Source of the DNA: the human T2T-CHM13v2.0 reference genome, Homo sapiens
DNA: 64,000 bases
Assembly: GCF_009914755.1 (NCBI RefSeq)
Contig: NC_060941.1
Reading direction: 5' to 3' (one strand)
The notes under the pieces were generated by a model. It was not told where the DNA came from and did not search any database. It saw only the letters and a program-made list of their open reading frames with translations. The position numbers and the translations under genes are program-made. This document shows positions 47,850-62,769 of the stretch, piece after piece; position 1 is the stretch's first letter; each line of letters opens with the position of its first letter.

Positions 47850-48480
47850 CGTTTAAGAACTGCTTTTGAGGTATCTCTGCCCTACATTATATCATCCTAC
47901 AGTTCTGAGACTTGCTTTTTTCATTAACAGTATAGATCTTGGACCTCTTTCACCATCAGCACAGAGACATAACTTATTTTGCAATTGTTCAGTAGTGCTT
48001 CGTTGTGTGGATGTGCCAAAATTTATTTAAGCAGAGCCCAGTTGATGGGCATTTAAGTAAAAAACATGCTGTGTTTTGCCTTTTTAAAACAAAGCTGCAG
48101 TGAATATCCTTTGACTGCCTGGATTTGAATCTTGGCTCCAGCAGTTGCCAGTTCGTCGACTCTGATCAAGTTGCTTTATCTCTCATGTCTGCAGGTTTCC
48201 CCTCTGTAAAATGGGAATATTAATAATATATGATGGGCATGTAGAATAAAATAGCCAGTGCATATGATACCCAGAATAATGCCTGGGACACAGTGAGTGA
48301 TCAGTGATCATTAGCTCTGTATGGCTGCCTGTGCCTTTGCACACTTGAGAGTAAGTCAGTCAAATAAATTCCTAAATGCTGAATTGCTGGGCTGCTGGTT
48401 CAAAAAATGTACAATTCAAATTTTGGTGGATACTCCCTGTTGCCCTACACACATTATACCAAGTTATTCTTCCACTAGTA
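47850..48480 (-). mobile_element. Old L1ME fragment with a nested MIR (about 48110-48310, +)
   Basis: gttgatgggcatttaag...gctgcagtgaatatcctt | MIR | aaattcctaaatgctgaattgctggg. Confidence 0.6.
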
Positions 48481-48639
48481 ATTAAACTTTTAACCTCTAA
48501 AAGCCTTTTTTTTTTCTTTTAATGTAAGGCTTGAAAGCAAGAACATTCCTTCATTACTTCCTCCTACTTATCTTTACTCTTGGCCTTACTACGTCATGAC
48601 ACATCTTATGAAATACTGGTGTGATAATAAGCACTTTGT

Positions 48640-49230
48640 GCAGCCCTACCATGGAAGAATTGGTGAAAATGTAAAGGTTCTCAGTGGTCTTCAGACTTGT
48701 GTTTGAGTTTCTCTCTTGCAACAAGGTGCCTGACTAAGAGAGTAAAGGTTACTTCCTGCATGTTTAATGGGGCTTGATATTTGCATATGGGCAGGTACAT
48801 CCTGCTTAATGAACAGTGTTGGGAGCCATGTGGATGATTGACATCAACTTGTAGTACAACAGGAAAACATTCCTAGATTAATGTTCCTTTTCACTGGGTA
48901 GGGCTAGAGGGCAACTGCAACAAGTGAAATGCTAGGCTGCAGGTAGATGGCTTGTCTTGAGCTATGAATAATATGTTTGGCAGCAGCATGGGCAGAAAAG
49001 TTGAGATTTCTGGATACAGGACCTGGTGAAGCAGGTTCTGTCACAGGGTCAGATCACCTCTAACACCTGGCCATCCCCAGTGCAAAGGAAAACTAGGAGA
49101 GAGAGAAGTGAGTATAAGAGGCAGCTGAGGGACTCTTGACAAAGTTGAGAAGGATCTGGTGTCCTGGGAGAGCTCCTGTCTTCTGGAATTAGTGATGCAT
49201 CTTTTGTGGAGGCTCCTGATGGCTCAGTAA
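48640..49230 (+). mobile_element. Possible CR1/L3 fragment
   Basis: aatgctaggctgca, ggtcagatcacc and gagctcctgtcttctgga resemble L3; very diverged. Confidence 0.35.
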
Positions 49231-49986
49231 AAGGGGCCTTTCATCTTGCCCTTCCTACAGGGCTGAGAGGGGAGGGGTTCTTGGGACAAGTGGCTTTTAG
49301 CAGAGAACAATAGAAGCCATAGGCTGGGCTGTCACTTGCTTTGCTACTTCTTAGTTTGTAATCATCCTCTGTGTGTCCCTGAAAGTCCCCTGGTTCTCTC
49401 TAAACTGTGTGGCTCCAACTGAATTCCTGTCTGCTCCCCAGGGGTGCCCCGCAGCAGTTAGAGCAGCTTGTTGAGAAGGAGCCGCAGGGGTAGGGCAGAG
49501 GTGGACCGGAAGCCGGAGGAGGCCACTTGACATGGCGATTGGAGCCCTCCCAGCCTGTGCTTTAGACCTGCCAGATTCCTACCCACCTCACCTTGGAGTG
49601 GGACATTTCTTTTCACAGTGCCCAGGCTTAACTATGCTGTCCCCGGGTCCGTTCCCAACTGTTCCTATTCAAGATGTCTAGACCTTTGTTCCCTGCCTTG
49701 GCATTTTCCTTTCCTGGTGTGGAGTATCTCTTTTTGAAATAGCTATCTCAGCTTCAACATAGCAGAGCGGAAAACCTATGTCTGGGCTTGAGGCAGGGGG
49801 AGGAAACCATAGATAGATCCAGGAATGGCCAAAGTAAGCAGAGATCCGTGAGCCTGGACGTGTCATGACATAACAAGGATATGTGGGTGGGAGGGGCAGG
49901 GATGACATCTTTAGCTTTCTGTGAAATCATAGACATGCTTTCATTATTTTGTAGAATCAAATAATTTTGAAGATAGAGATATCTGA

Positions 49987-50303
<317 letters not shown>

Positions 50304-51499
50304 GATACTTAGCTCTTATTGGCCATAGTTCTCTTGGAGAATTTGGGGAAAAGTATGGGCCTCTCCATACCATAAGTATACATGATGTACTTACCAAACA
50401 CGTGCATGCAAGTTTAGGGGTTCACAGGCCCTGGAGGTTTGTCTGCACATCTGCACTGTGGGGCAGCTGCACCTTCCTATACACAAAGACCCAGGGTCGT
50501 GGAGAGAGGGCACTTGTGTGGGTCACAGAGTTGGAGACAGTGTACCAGAAGTCATTGGTCCGCAGAGCCGTGTCTTGCATTTTATACTCCAGTACGTTGC
50601 TTCGGTGGGAAGGGTGACCTCATTTTTTGTTTAATTCGAAGACCTCACTGGGAAAGAAACACATAGAGATGTGGAAGGAAAAAGAAAAAGCTGTGGGAAA
50701 TCGTGAATTCGTGGACATTGATGGTGAAAGGTTCATTTCAACCCTTAATGGGAACATCGTGATTCTGTTTAAGAAACAGCATCATGTATATGCCTTTCTA
50801 ATAAAACGGCGCGGCACCTTCCCACACAACTTGCAGCCACGAGGTTAACCAGAGATAAACGTGGCTTTCCTTTTCCTTACATCTTCCTGCAACACCCTTC
50901 ACAATAGCCCACACCAAGAGAGTTCTTAGGGTAAATATCTGTGGCGTTAAATTTCACTTTAATACAGAAAGGCTGGCCTTGAAGGGGAGGGAAGAGAGGA
51001 GCACGACTCACTTGGGCCTCCCAGAGGCAGGCTTGAGGACCTCTCCTGCAGCGTAGTGGATGGGGAGGAACAGCACTCGGGGTTCAGGCTGACCGCAGCT
51101 AGACTCCTGGGGGGTCTCTAGCTCTGTGACCAGAGTGGCTCTGCCTCAGTAGCCTCCCCTGCATAAGGACACCTTTGCAGGGATATCGTAAGGAATGGAG
51201 AGACTGTATTGAAAAATATGCCGGTAGTATCTGGTTTCTATGGGGCCCTCAGATGATGGCCAGCATCGTCTTCAACAACATCTTTCATTGTCATCATCAT
51301 TGCTGCCATCGTTGTCCTGGGCCAGGATGGTTGGCAGTGAGGGGGTCTGACATGCCCATCGTGCTCTGTGGTGCTCTGGTGCTGTTTGAAACACGCGACT
51401 GGTTCTTTTAGAGATTGGCTGAGGAGCATCACCTTTTGTGAACCATGCTGATCAAGTTCATCTATTGTTTGATGTTGGTTGAGAAAATCATTGATCCTA

Positions 51500-51941
<442 letters not shown>

Positions 51942-53660
51942 AAAAAATCATGAAGAGTGGACCTTTTTGCAATTTATATATATGTTTTCCTATATTCTGC
52001 GATGCTTATAATCATGATGTAAACTAATCCTTCTTTGGCTGCAATAGTCAAAATATAGTTATAGGAAATAATATTGAGAAGAAAAATATATTCCTGAGCT
52101 AACAAAAAGCCATATAGGAAAGAAATGAAGTGTGTACAGTGGGCTCTCGCTCAGCTTTTTGTTTTTTAAGAAACACTCCATTTTAAAGAGAAAGGCCCAG
52201 CCATTTCCACAGATGTATTTCTCTCTCTGAGCTGTCAGTAGCATCTGCGGTTATTTTCTGGAAAATGGAGAGGAGACGCCATGAACTTGGATTTCAGAGT
52301 TCCCCTCTGATTATCAAATTGACCCTCTTGGTGATGAATCCCACCATTGGTCCCCAAAAGGTCATACCTTAGTCACTTTTTAATTATGTGACCCCCATGG
52401 GGTGCACAAAAGGAGCTTCATGGGGACTTCATGGGCCTCTCCACTGTCTGCAACTTGAAGCCTGATTTGCAAAGCCATCGGAAGAGAATTCCCTATGGGG
52501 TGAGCAGCCATAGTTGGCAAACAGCTCCACCACCACAGCCTTGGAGAGGGAGGGCCGTGCAGACTGACCCATCCAACCAAGCCAGGAGTCAACGCTGGGG
52601 CCATCAGCATGCGAAGCAAAGGAACCAACTCTGTAGCAGAGGAAACTCAGCAACCCCAAAGAACTGCTGAGAAGAAATCAGACCCTCCTGAAGACTTCTG
52701 GTGCAGTCCACTGCTGGTGTAAAGAGAGATTTTCCATTTTGACAGATCCCATGGACTCATCTTCAGCAAACCATTGGGCAGGGAATCAAAAGTCATCATA
52801 AAGACCTCCGGGTATTTTTCTACATCAGTCCCCTGCGTGCTGCGAGTCCTGAAATGGAGCTTGGAGAGCAGCGGGTGGGAGGAGAAGGTTGTCGTCCCTA
52901 CTGTTTTTGCTTGGATTGTTTTACCCTGTCCCCACACGTGGACAGATTCAGCCGGGTGCTTCAAGACATCATTCAACTTGCATATACTTTGTTCGTTTAT
53001 TACACAAATATTTACTGGTTGTGATGTGATCTTTGAGTGCTCCTTGGTTCCCCCTTCCTCCTCCTCCAAGAAAAGATGGATGTTCCTCTCCTTCCTTACA
53101 CAGCTCCTCCTCACCTCCCATCCAAATGCCTTATGGCATCTCCAGTGGTGTCATCTGCTCCACATTGGCCAAGGGTCGGTAGGGTCAGGACAGAGGCCTG
53201 TTCATCACTTCATCTGCAGCACCTACCACAGTGCCTGGAGGTGGAAGCTTAAACACTTATTGGATAAGAAGTTTCCGTAGTCCTCTTACTCAACCACTAG
53301 ATGGTCACTTAGTAGCCAAAACCAAAACCAAAAAACAACAGTTTTTTACTTTATTGGACAAGCACTGATTGAGCCCCTTCTGTTTGTTTTTTCACTTCAA
53401 AATTATTTTCTTTCGGAAACTTTCAAACAGAAAAGTTGAAAGTACAGAGCAATGAACACTTGGGTATTCCTCTGTCTGGATCCAGCAACTGTTAACAACT
53501 CGGCACACCCACTCTGTCTATCTCCCTCCCTCCCCTGTGTGCACACACACATGTGCACAGACACAGCCTCCTCTTGCGCTAGATCATCGGAAAGTAGGCA
53601 CCCCAACCCTAAATATTTCAGTCTTAGGAATAAGATACGCCATTAGAAACTGTGGTTACA

Positions 53661-54034
<374 letters not shown>

Positions 54035-55322
54035 TTAGAAATGGTTTCTTTGAGAAGGTAACACGTATGCTGTGCCATTTGCATAGATACCGGTTTACAG
54101 TGTTTGGGTCTAAAACTTTAACAAAAGGGAAAAGATAACAGTCTTTCAAAAAGCTTACTATCTCCTCAAAAAACTCATTCCCCTTTACAGTATTTGGAGG
54201 TTTGATTTTTATGATTCCTCTGTGGTTTTGTAATAACCACACTTATTATTTCCTTAGCTTCTCGGGCTGTCATTGAAAAAGTGCCTTTAATTTTGCTTGC
54301 ATTTACTAGTAAGATTTATTCATGTGCAGAGGGGCCGTGTAGACCAGTGAGGTGGTGTTTAGTCAGCTGCATCCGCCTTGCTGTGCGAAATGCTGGTGAA
54401 AGCTCAGTGACTTGGAGCAACACCAAAATTCAATTTTTGCATTTTAATAATAGCTTAATTTTGTGATTATGCTTAACAATTCTATACATCCCTAAATAAA
54501 AGAAAGTATAGGCCATTCTAAGCAGTCAGAACTTCAGCTTTTTCTACCATATAATGGAGGGTTTTGCTAAATTTAAAAATGTGTCCTTGAAGCTGAAAGG
54601 CCACCTCTGAGGCACTCTGGGGAGAGTGTTCGCTTTCCAACAGTCGGGAAGCAAGCAAATGGCACACACCCTAGACCAGTGAGAGAAAGGCACTTGCAGG
54701 CCTGTTAGGCATTTTGTTGGCTAAATAGAGGGGAAATGATGGAAAACAAATACTGAATATTGGTTTGGGGAGGGAATGACAACAGCTTGTGTGAAACGGA
54801 GGTGATTTTAAACATAAGCCAGTGGGTTTCAGAGCACAGGCTATGGTGGGAAGTGGTGGGGAGGGGGAAGCTTAGCAAATCTGGGTATTGGTTTTGCCTG
54901 TTTTTAAACCCCCTTTGGAGTCTAGTAAGGTTAACCACTCTGGTTAGTTCAGCGTTCTAACAGGTGACTTTACATTGGAGGAAGATGTTCAGAAGGCGTG
55001 GAAGACACATCTTCGAGCAGCCCCAGCTTCTGATGATTTTGTTCATCTGGGTTGCAGACCCAATCTGTGTCCCAGGGACTGGGACTGGCCTTCATTACCT
55101 TATTGACATGCTTCTCCCGGACACACACACACACATCACATTTGCAGCCATCTCAATTTAGTAGAGGAATTACACATAACCAAAACACTCCCCAAATGTG
55201 TGCTGGAGAACAGCTCGGAGGGATGGGACGGCCTGTCGTTTCCTGACGTTGACTGACTTGAGTGCAAGACCCCAGAGCCTGGGTGTGTGCAGAGGGCGGA
55301 TAGCACATGGGTCCCTGCAGGA

Positions 55323-55349
55323 GGCCTCTCGGCCTTCTTCCATGTGTGT

Positions 55350-55380
<31 letters not shown>
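55323..55380. repeat. (TG)n microsatellite, interrupted
   Basis: tgtgtgtgcacg followed by about 13 TG units. Confidence 0.95.
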
Positions 55381-55505
55381 CGCCGTCAAATGTTGGAGCT
55401 TCTGGGGACCACCCCAGGAACCCTCTGGACAGGGGTGTCTAGCCCAGGCCTGAGTGCAGCGCCCTCCCTGAGGGTGAGGGTTGGCTTTTAAAAGAGGATA
55501 CCTTT

Positions 55506-55884
<379 letters not shown>

Positions 55885-56336
55885 TTAGCATTTTACCACA
55901 AAGAAATGTATTTTTTTTGAAAGCAGAGGCCCACAGAAGCTGTGACATGGCTAAGCTTAGCTGTCCCAGGCCAGGATCGGAACTGGGTGCTCATCTCACA
56001 CCTCCACACCCAGCACTAGCCCAAGGTGGGACCCATGAGGTGTGCTTGGGCACAGTTAGGGAGAAAGTCAGGATGGATTGGCAAGGGAAGATTCACTTCC
56101 GAAGTATTGGCTTAGCAGAGGAGCTGGCTCACTGGGGGATGAGACTCACCGATGGCAGTGTGGTTATTTATGTATAATCTTCACTCATCATTTATTCCCT
56201 AATCACGACATCGGGCACACCTGCTGGGTTCTAGGTGCTGAGTATTTGACAGTGGATAGGACAGTGAAATCCTGTTGTAAAGGGGCTTTTCTTCTGTAGT
56301 ATTGGGGCGGATGGGACCCATAATAAGTAAACCCCA

Positions 56337-56888
56337 TGATATATTTAGGCTTTGTGTCCCCACCCAAATCTCATCTTGAATTGTAATCCCCATAATCCCT
56401 ATGTATCAAGGGAGAGACATAGTGGAGGTAGTTGAATCACTGGGGCAGGTTCCCCCATGCTGTTCTTGTGATAGTGAGTTCTCACGAGATCTGATGGTTC
56501 TATATAAGGGGCTCTTTCCCCCTGCTGGGCTCTTCTCCTTCCTGCTGCCTTGTGAAGAAGGTGCCTTGCCTCCCCTTCGCCTTCTGCCATGATTGTAAGT
56601 TTCCTGAGGCCTCCCCAGCCATGCTGAACTGTGGGTCGGTTAAACTGCTTTACTTTATAAATTACCCTGGAAAGTCTCCCACTGGGAAAAATAATTGGAA
56701 CAGGCAGCATGACTATTTTTAGCATTATTTCAATATGGGTTTAAACTTTTTTTTAAATTGAATATTGTAACTACTAAGTTTAAACCTAAGGATATAGTTG
56801 CTAAGTATAGTTCTTCTCTCACTATGATTTAAATTATGTTATAAAGAACTGGCAGTTCTTTATAGCAGTCTGAAAATGGACTAATACA
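56337..56888 (+). mobile_element. THE1 (C/D-like, ERVL-MaLR) solo LTR carrying an internal insertion; nested in an L2
   Basis: TG...CA ends; tgtccccacccaaatctcatcttgaattgtaatcc; gattgtaagtttcctgaggcctccccagccatg; ggactaataca; 5-bp TSD cccca at 56332-56336 and 56889-56893. Confidence 0.95.
56666..56822 (+). repeat. Derived copy of 57689-57850 inside the LTR
   Basis: About 157-bp direct repeat, roughly 90% identical by eye. Confidence 0.95.
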
Positions 56889-56984
56889 CCCCACAAACCA
56901 ACAGGACCGTTTCAGATGGTGATGTGAACTCTAAAGAAGATAAACAATGTGATGATGGCTTAGAACAGCAGAGTGGAATGGAGA

Positions 56985-57254
56985 TCCAATGCAAGATGTG
57001 CAATTTTAAATATTCTAGTAGCCACATTTTGAAAAGTAAAGAGTGAGGGAAACTAACTTAATGTAACTTATAACCGGTATGTTCATAATGTTACCATTAT
57101 AATATATATAAATAATTGAGATATTTTGCATTTTCTTTGCATTAAGTCTTCTAAATCTGGTGTGTATTTTATACTTAGAGCACACCTCAACTTGGATTAA
57201 CCACATTTCACATACTCAGTAGGCACACTTGGCTAGTGGCTTTGGCTAGCACAG
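56985..57254. mobile_element. MER33 (hAT-Charlie)
   Basis: aattttaaatattctagtagccacatt...aaatctggtgtgtattttatacttagagcacacctcaa...ggctagtggc. Confidence 0.85.
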
Positions 57255-57688
57255 ACTTAGTGCTTGGGGGCGGTGGTACAGGTCCACTTTAGATTGCATG
57301 GTTATCTTTAAGAAAAGTCCTGTTAACTAAGCACAAGGAACAGTTCCTACCACTGATCTATGTTGTGTTTTGTTTGCTGCTAATGTGCTCATACATCAAG
57401 GTAAATTATTATTTTAATCCAGATTTCAGCTGATTTTTTAACAGCAGTTTTGCTGTGTGCACGCTGAATGGGATTCTCCAAGGACAGGCAATGAGAAATC
57501 CTTCAACATTATAGGAGGAGACGGTGGAGAGAGATCCTTATAGTCTTTGAGAGAAGGCTTTGGGGTTTCCAGGGCCTACATTTTGTCAGAGATCTTCTTT
57601 CCTGTACAGGAAAGTAGGTGTTGCAGGTTCCTTCTTTTTCACTCTTTCCTTAATTATGGGAAGGAATTCCACCAACATTGATGTTTAA

Positions 57689-57850
57689 CCTGGAAAGTCT
57701 CCCACTAGGGAAAATAATTGGCACAGGCAGCATGTCTGTTTTTAGCATTATTTCAATATGGGTTTAACTGTTTTTTTTTTTTTAATTGAATATTGTAACT
57801 ATTAAGTTTAAAGCTAAGGATATGGTTGCTAAGTATGGTTCTTCTCTCAC
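57689..57850 (+). repeat. Donor copy of the LTR insertion
   Basis: cctggaaagtctcccact...gttcttctctcac in unique sequence. Confidence 0.95.
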
Positions 57851-58346
57851 CTACTCAGTCTTTGGGTGGGTGAAATGCTACTTGTTGAATGAAATTAGAA
57901 TAATTTCCATCTGAGTTTTTCAGGTTCAGCTGCAAATGCAGGAGTTGGTTTAGAGTCAGTTTATGAAGGAAGTTTTGGAAAACATTAGAGTATTTTGTGT
58001 GTGTGAAAATTAGACTTGTGGGAAGGAGTGTGGTAAAAACTGCTAGCAAACACTAGGCAAAATTTTTCTAAAAATCATTTGCCTTTTCCTTCACGTGTAA
58101 AAGTCATATATGTTCTTTGGAGCCAATTTGAAAGAGAATAAATCATCCATAATGCCATATCTTTACAGTCTTTTTTTTCCTTGTACCTTTAGATGTGTAT
58201 TTGGTAATGTAGTTTTTACATAGTTTTATGCTGCTTTTTACACTTGTCATGTGTATTTTCACATTTTCTTATTTTTTCAAGAATTTAGCTTTTAAATGGC
58301 TGTGTAATATTTTTCCTTGTGAATGTTCTGTCATTCATTCTCTCTC

Positions 58347-58517
<171 letters not shown>

Positions 58518-58645
58518 TAATTTAATCTTTAATTCACCCTCTATTGTTGTTTTTTATTTTTCATTATTATAAGTAATGCTGCCATGAATACCTTTCTACA
58601 TACATATTTATATGAATATCTAATTATTGCAGTAAAAACTAGTAG

Positions 58646-59049
<404 letters not shown>

Positions 59050-59739
59050 TAAAAACCTAGTGCAAGATTACATTTTCACCCCTGGGGTGTGAGTGCCTTT
59101 TGCCCCACAGTCTAGACCATGCTGGATTTATAATTTTAAGGGAATTTATTAATTTGATAGATGGTGGATGTGTCATTTTGATGCAGGACTTTAAGGAAGA
59201 AAAGATATATCTTTAAAAACGTTTTCTGTTTTTCTTTTTTAGCTTGTCTTTTGGAGTTCTTGCCTTTGACTTAAGGGCAAATGTCTTACTGAGAGATGCT
59301 GGGTGCCTGGGTCACAGGTGGTTTGTCGTTGCCCTTTTTCTTTTTTTTTCCAACTCAGCTAAGTTCAGCACTAGTTTTGTGACTTATTACACAGAAGACT
59401 TGAATACATCAAGGGCCTCTAGAGATTTGTGGTAACATCAAGACGTGTAGTCTGTAATGTGTCATGGGGTGTGTGAGCCATTCAAGGGGAGTTACTCTTA
59501 ATGGTACCATTATTCAGGATACAGTGCTGATGCCTGCATCCTGATGGCACCACTGTCGTCCAACTCTGTTTGTGACATTGTTCATGGCCTCTGCAGAGTC
59601 AGGGAGCTCCTCAGGATAAGGCTCTGTGACATCGTCTAAACTCCAAAGAAGTAGAGCCATCATATTTCCTTCCCCAAGGGAGCTGGCATCTACCATCACT
59701 GAGGATTTTTTGAGTCTCTGTACCAGGACATGGACCTCA

Positions 59740-59900
59740 ACTCTTTATTTCCATGATTAATCCCTATGTCAATGTACATGGCAAATGCTAGCATTTCCTT
59801 CATTTTATTGATGATAGAATCAAAACTCAGAGTGTTTAGGTAATTTCCTTGAAATTACACAGCCAGGAATGGCCAAGGCTGGGAATTGAATGGACTCCAG
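59740..59900 (-). mobile_element. MIR
   Basis: cattttattgatgatagaatcaaaactcagagtgtttaggtaatttccttgaaattacacagcc. Confidence 0.65.
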
Positions 59901-60800
59901 AACCCATGGTCGAAGTCCAAGCTCAATATCTCTGAGACCTGGAAGGAAATGAAACAGACTAAAATCAGAGTAACGCTTAAAACCATGAAGATTCCAGCCC
60001 ACAGATTCTATCTGCCACATGCAGACACGATTTATACCCCTAGAGGGAAACTGAAGAAACAAGGTGGTGGTCATACAATAATAGACTCAAAACCCAACCA
60101 CACTTTTGAAGTGAATAGTGGCTCATGATGGCTTTAAACATCTTAGGAGAAAAATCAAAGTTGGTGATGGGCTAATTTGGAAGATTAGCTGAAAAAGTTA
60201 AGTGGCAAAGAACTAAGTGATAGTTGGAGTGAGGAAGGCATTTTGGTGTGGAGAGAGTAAGATTGGGGAAGGAAAGCTCCCTGGGTAACTGTAGGATTAG
60301 AAGCTGTGAGGAGTGTGGTTTAATCAGACAATTTGGAAGCAAGACAGAGAGGGAACAGTCCCCATTTGGAGAGTGTTAGTGTTCAGGGTAATCAGAAAGG
60401 AAGAGTCGGAAGCATATGTAATTAATGAACGAGAAAGGCAGATGGATGATGGGGAGGTGGGTGGCGTCGCGCTACTCATATGTTCTTTTGATAAGTAAAA
60501 TTATAGCATAATTTCTCACTCATTGGAAACAAGGTTATGCAATTAGGATCCTGCTGCTGCTAAAAGCTTCCAGAGATTTTAGTGCACTGGGCAGACAGAG
60601 TGATGATGTTTACTTTAAAAATCGAACTTCTCGTTTGAGAGACTTAATTTTATTTAATGCTCGATTTTTGTATTTACTGGTTCTGCATTTTCTCATGTAG
60701 ATTAAGATCCAATTTAGAGAAGAAATATATGGGCAGTTTGGCTGTAGAAAGCACAGAGGAATGATGCTGTGGATATTGATGCACCATGTGGTAGACAGCA

Positions 60801-60805
60801 TTTTC

Positions 60806-60841
<36 letters not shown>

Positions 60842-61087
60842 GAGACAGGGCCTTGCTCTGTCTTCCGGGCTGGAGTACAGTGGTGCGATCGTGGCTCGCT
60901 GTACCCTCAACCTCCTGGGCTCAGTTGATCCTCCCATCTCAGCCTTCCAAGTAGTGGGACACCATGCCCGGCTAATTTTTGTATTTTTTTGTAGAAGATG
61001 GGATTTCGCCCCATTGTCTGGTCTTGAACTCCTGAGCTCAAGTGATCCGCCCACATTGGCTTCTCAGAGTGCTGGGATTACCTGGCT
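60801..61087 (-). mobile_element. AluJ with small deletions
   Basis: J motifs; TSD gacagcattt. Confidence 0.9.
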
Positions 61088-61561
61088 GACAGCATTTGTT
61101 TTAAAGCAGTAAATGAAAATTTGGGTATTCCTTTTAAGTTTTTCAAAATTTCAATCTGCAGTTTTTAATCTATACAAAAAACTGTGGTAAAAGACGCCTA
61201 ACATAAAAATTACAATCTTAACCACTTGCAAGCCTACAGTTTGGTAGTGTTAAGTAGATTCACCTTTTGAAACAGACCTCCAGAACTTTTTCATCTTGCA
61301 AAACTGAAACTGTTTGCCTATCAAACAACAGCTCTTGGTTTCCTCTTCCTCCTAGGCTTTGGCAGTTACTATTCTACTTTGTTTCTATGAATTTGACTGC
61401 TTTAACTAACTCATAAATGGACTCATACAGTATTTGTCTTTTTGTGATTCGCTTGTTTCACTTAGCGTACTATCCTCCAGGCTCACCCACATTGTAGCAT
61501 GTGACAGGCTTCCTTTCCTTTTCAGGGCTGAATAATATAACATTATATATATGGATATGTA

Positions 61562-61786
61562 CATTGAATATCCCTTATCTGAAATGCTTGGGATCAGAAA
61601 TGGTTCAGATTGGGGATTTTTTTAGATTTTGGAATATTTGCATAATTCTTCCAGGTTGAGCATCCCTAATCCAGAAATCTGAAATGCTCTAATGAGCATT
61701 TCCTTGAGCATCATGTTGGTACTTAAAAAGTTTCGAATTTTGGAGCATTTCAGATTTCAGATTTTTGTGTTAGGGATCTTCAACAT
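61562..61786 (+). mobile_element. Tigger4a / MER46A (TcMar-Tigger)
   Basis: ttgaatatcccttatctgaaatgcttggga...gttgagcatccctaatcc...ttttggagcatttcagatttcagattttt...tagggatcttcaac. Confidence 0.9.
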
Positions 61787-61831
61787 CATTCTATTTTTTT
61801 AATCTGTCAATGAATAAAATTACAGTTTTAA

Positions 61832-62174
<343 letters not shown>

Positions 62175-62769
62175 GTTAACTATAGTCACCTTTTGAAACA
62201 GACCTCCAGAACTTTTCGTCTTGCAAAACTGAAACTGTCTGCCTATCAAACAACAACTCTTCGTTGCTTCCACCTCTTGGCTACTCTTGAGTAGTGTGGC
62301 TATGAACACGGGTGTACAAATATTTCTGAGACCCTGCTTTCAATTCTTTAGGATAGATAGCCAGAATTGAGATTGCTGGATTACATGATGGTTCTATTTA
62401 ATTTTTTGAGGGGCTTCTGTACAATTTTCCATTGTGGTTACAACCATTTTACAGTCTAAGCAACAGTGCACAAAGGTTCCAATTTCTCTGCATCATTGCC
62501 AACACCTTTTAGAAACAGTAGCCATCCTAATGGGCATGAAGACTATCTATAGTTTATTATGTCAAGCTTTTCTTCATGGTTATAAAAGAATATTGTGATG
62601 AGTGATTTATCTATGTTTGCTGCTTTACTCCCCAGGGGAGGATGAGTATACCATATATGTCCATATTGATACCTATCTCAGAATACTGGTTGTACAAAAC
62701 TATTCCAGGCATTGTTCTTCTTTAAGTATTTGGGGTGTTTCTTTTTGCTTATAATTTAGTACAAATGTT

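Noticed and set aside
52746-52811. Possible 66-nt in-frame exon (gacAG...CGG|GTATTT)
   Set aside because: Short pyrimidine tract with AGs just upstream and a weak donor.
52647-53280. Longest non-Alu ORFs (168 aa on +, 155 aa on -), overlapping
   Set aside because: Non-ATG (TTG/GTG) starts, no recognisable domain, no promoter or exon structure; lengths are compatible with chance in 64 kb.
59514-59699. Protein-looking 61-aa minus-strand ORF
   Set aside because: Short, with no recognisable family and no retrocopy hallmarks (poly(A), TSD).
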